A DNA stretch of 63,976 nucleotides, filler included, from Lama guanicoe (taxonomy: Eukaryota): the NCBI GenBank assembly GCA_013239625.1. It is 73 parts of 73 records of this genome, joined end to end, with 100 filler letters (N's around TTAATTAATTAA, not from the genome) between each part and the next. Parts side by side here need not be neighbours in the genome. Positions count along the whole stretch, not along the records: positions 62,244 to 63,119 come from PNXV01020461.1; positions 63,220 to 63,976 come from MU056363.1; 71 more parts are not named here. One strand, given 5' to 3'. The notes below the pieces were generated by a model. That model searched no databases and was not told the DNA's origin. It worked only from the letters and a program-made list of their open reading frames with translations. The first letter of the stretch is position 1. Every line of letters begins with the position of its first letter. This document shows, in pieces, positions 62,636-63,976 of this stretch. The position numbers were made by a program, and so were the translations under genes.

Positions 62636-63219
62636 GCACTACTTGTAGCAAATGGGTTGTAGAAATTGGGGAGTTTGTGATTAATATCCAGGGATATTTC
62701 TCATGGTGTTGCACAGACAGGAAGAGCAGTTAAAGCTTCAGATATGGATGTAATCAGGAACTAAAACTAGACCAAGGTAGCTTCTCCCCTTCCTCTTTAC
62801 ATTAACAAAATCTTCTTGCACCCTGCGTCTCTGCACAGCTGGTTTTTTGATTCTTGTCTTTTGACTTTTACCACATCCCCATGCACTTGGCAGACCCTAG
62901 CTTCCCAGAGGTATGTGCCTTCAGAGCACTCTGACTCCTGGGGAAGATAATCTGCTCCAGCTTGAGCTAGTGTCCACCACTGGTCATGGCACCTGAGGCC
63001 CAGGTGGAGCCATTTGATGAGGCTGAACCTCTTTAAGGTGTTACATTGAGATAAGGGTGTGCCTCTCAACAAGTCTGACACACGCTCCCCCTCTATGCCT
63101 GCACTAGCCCTTTCCATCCNNNNNNNNNNNNNNNNNNNNNNNNNNNNNNNNNNNNNNNNNNNNTTAATTAATTAANNNNNNNNNNNNNNNNNNNNNNNNN
63201 NNNNNNNNNNNNNNNNNNN

Positions 63220-63976
63220 TTCTCTACTCTATATACTAAAATCCGTGTTCTGCATTCTATGTTCTAAAATCTTTATTCAGTATTTTGTATGCTATATTCT
63301 AAAGTCTGTGTTCTGCATTCCATGTCCTAAATTTTGGGTTCTGTATATTCTGTTTTCCATATTCTGTATTTTGTGTTCTACATTCTATATTCNNNNNNNN
63401 NNNNNNNNNNNNNNNNNNNNNNNNNNNNNNNNNNNNNNNNNNNNNNNNNNNNNNNNNNNNNNNNNNNNNNNNNNNNNNNNNNNNNNNNNNNNNNNNNNNN
63501 NNNNNNNNNNNNNNNNNNNNNNNNNNNNNNNNNNNNNNNNTTTTATATTCTTTACATTCTATATTCGAAATTCTATATTCAGTATTCATTATTCTATAAT
63601 CTAAACTCTGTTTTCTGCATTCCATGTTCTATGTTCTGAGTTCTATATTCTCTACTCTATTCTATATTGTGTTTTTTCATTCTATATTCTGCATACTGTA
63701 GTCTGCATTCCGTATTCTATATTCTATATTTTGTGTTCTACATTCTATATTCTAAATTCTATATTCAGTATTCTGTATTCTATATATTTTATTCTGTGTT
63801 TTACATGCTATATTCTAAATTCTATATTCAGTATTCTGTATTCTATAATCTAAACTCTGTTTTCTGCATTCCATGTTCTAAATTCTGGTTTCTATATTCT
63901 CTATTCTATATTCTGAGTTATTCATTGTATATTTGAAATTCTATATTCAGTATTCTGTATTCTATATTCTATATTT
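63220..63976 (+). repeat. Satellite D
   Basis: Heptamer array to the window end; a block recurs at 63601 and 63850. Confidence 0.95.

Larger units (their letters stand above)
1223..63219. other. Artificial scaffold-joining spacers (44N-TTAATTAATTAA-44N), ~72 copies
   Basis: Identical 12-mer flanked by 44 N per side (e.g. N 1223-1266, 12-mer 1267-1278, N 1279-1322; last 12-mer at 63164). It gives stops in all six frames, and the sequence type changes abruptly across each copy. Confidence 0.98.

Noticed and set aside
1267..63175. CRISPR-like array of TTAATTAATTAA repeats
   Set aside because: Always centred in 44+44 N; an assembly linker. No cas genes, and the context is mammalian.

Overview
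This is not a contiguous locus. It is about 73 tiny (0.2-1.6 kb) unplaced mammalian scaffolds joined by an artificial 100-bp spacer (44 N + TTAATTAATTAA + 44 N; about 72 copies), and many scaffolds also have internal N gaps. Nearly all long ORFs in the supplied track are artefacts of N runs, satellites or microsatellites. A tRNA-derived Vic-1-type SINE and the L1 3' ends point to a camelid source (inference). Content is dominated by tandem repeats, named here only for convenience: a GC-rich ~267-bp satellite (A) and a diverged ~265-bp relative (C), a 249-bp satellite (B), an AT-rich heptamer satellite (TATTCTA/TAGAATA)n with higher-order units (D), and a 63-bp CTGCAG-rich repeat (E). Interspersed repeats include L1 fragments of several ages, an ERV1-type 5' LTR/PBS/leader, a solo LTR, Tigger1, MER5, MIR, L2 and L3. 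A few isolated candidate exons and three paralogous scaffold pairs are present. I found no complete gene and no convincing novel multi-gene system. The most interesting signals are the satellite relationships, a SINE+L1-tail composite bracketed by a target-site duplication, and the ERV leader. All family names come from recalled consensus sequences, not from searches.
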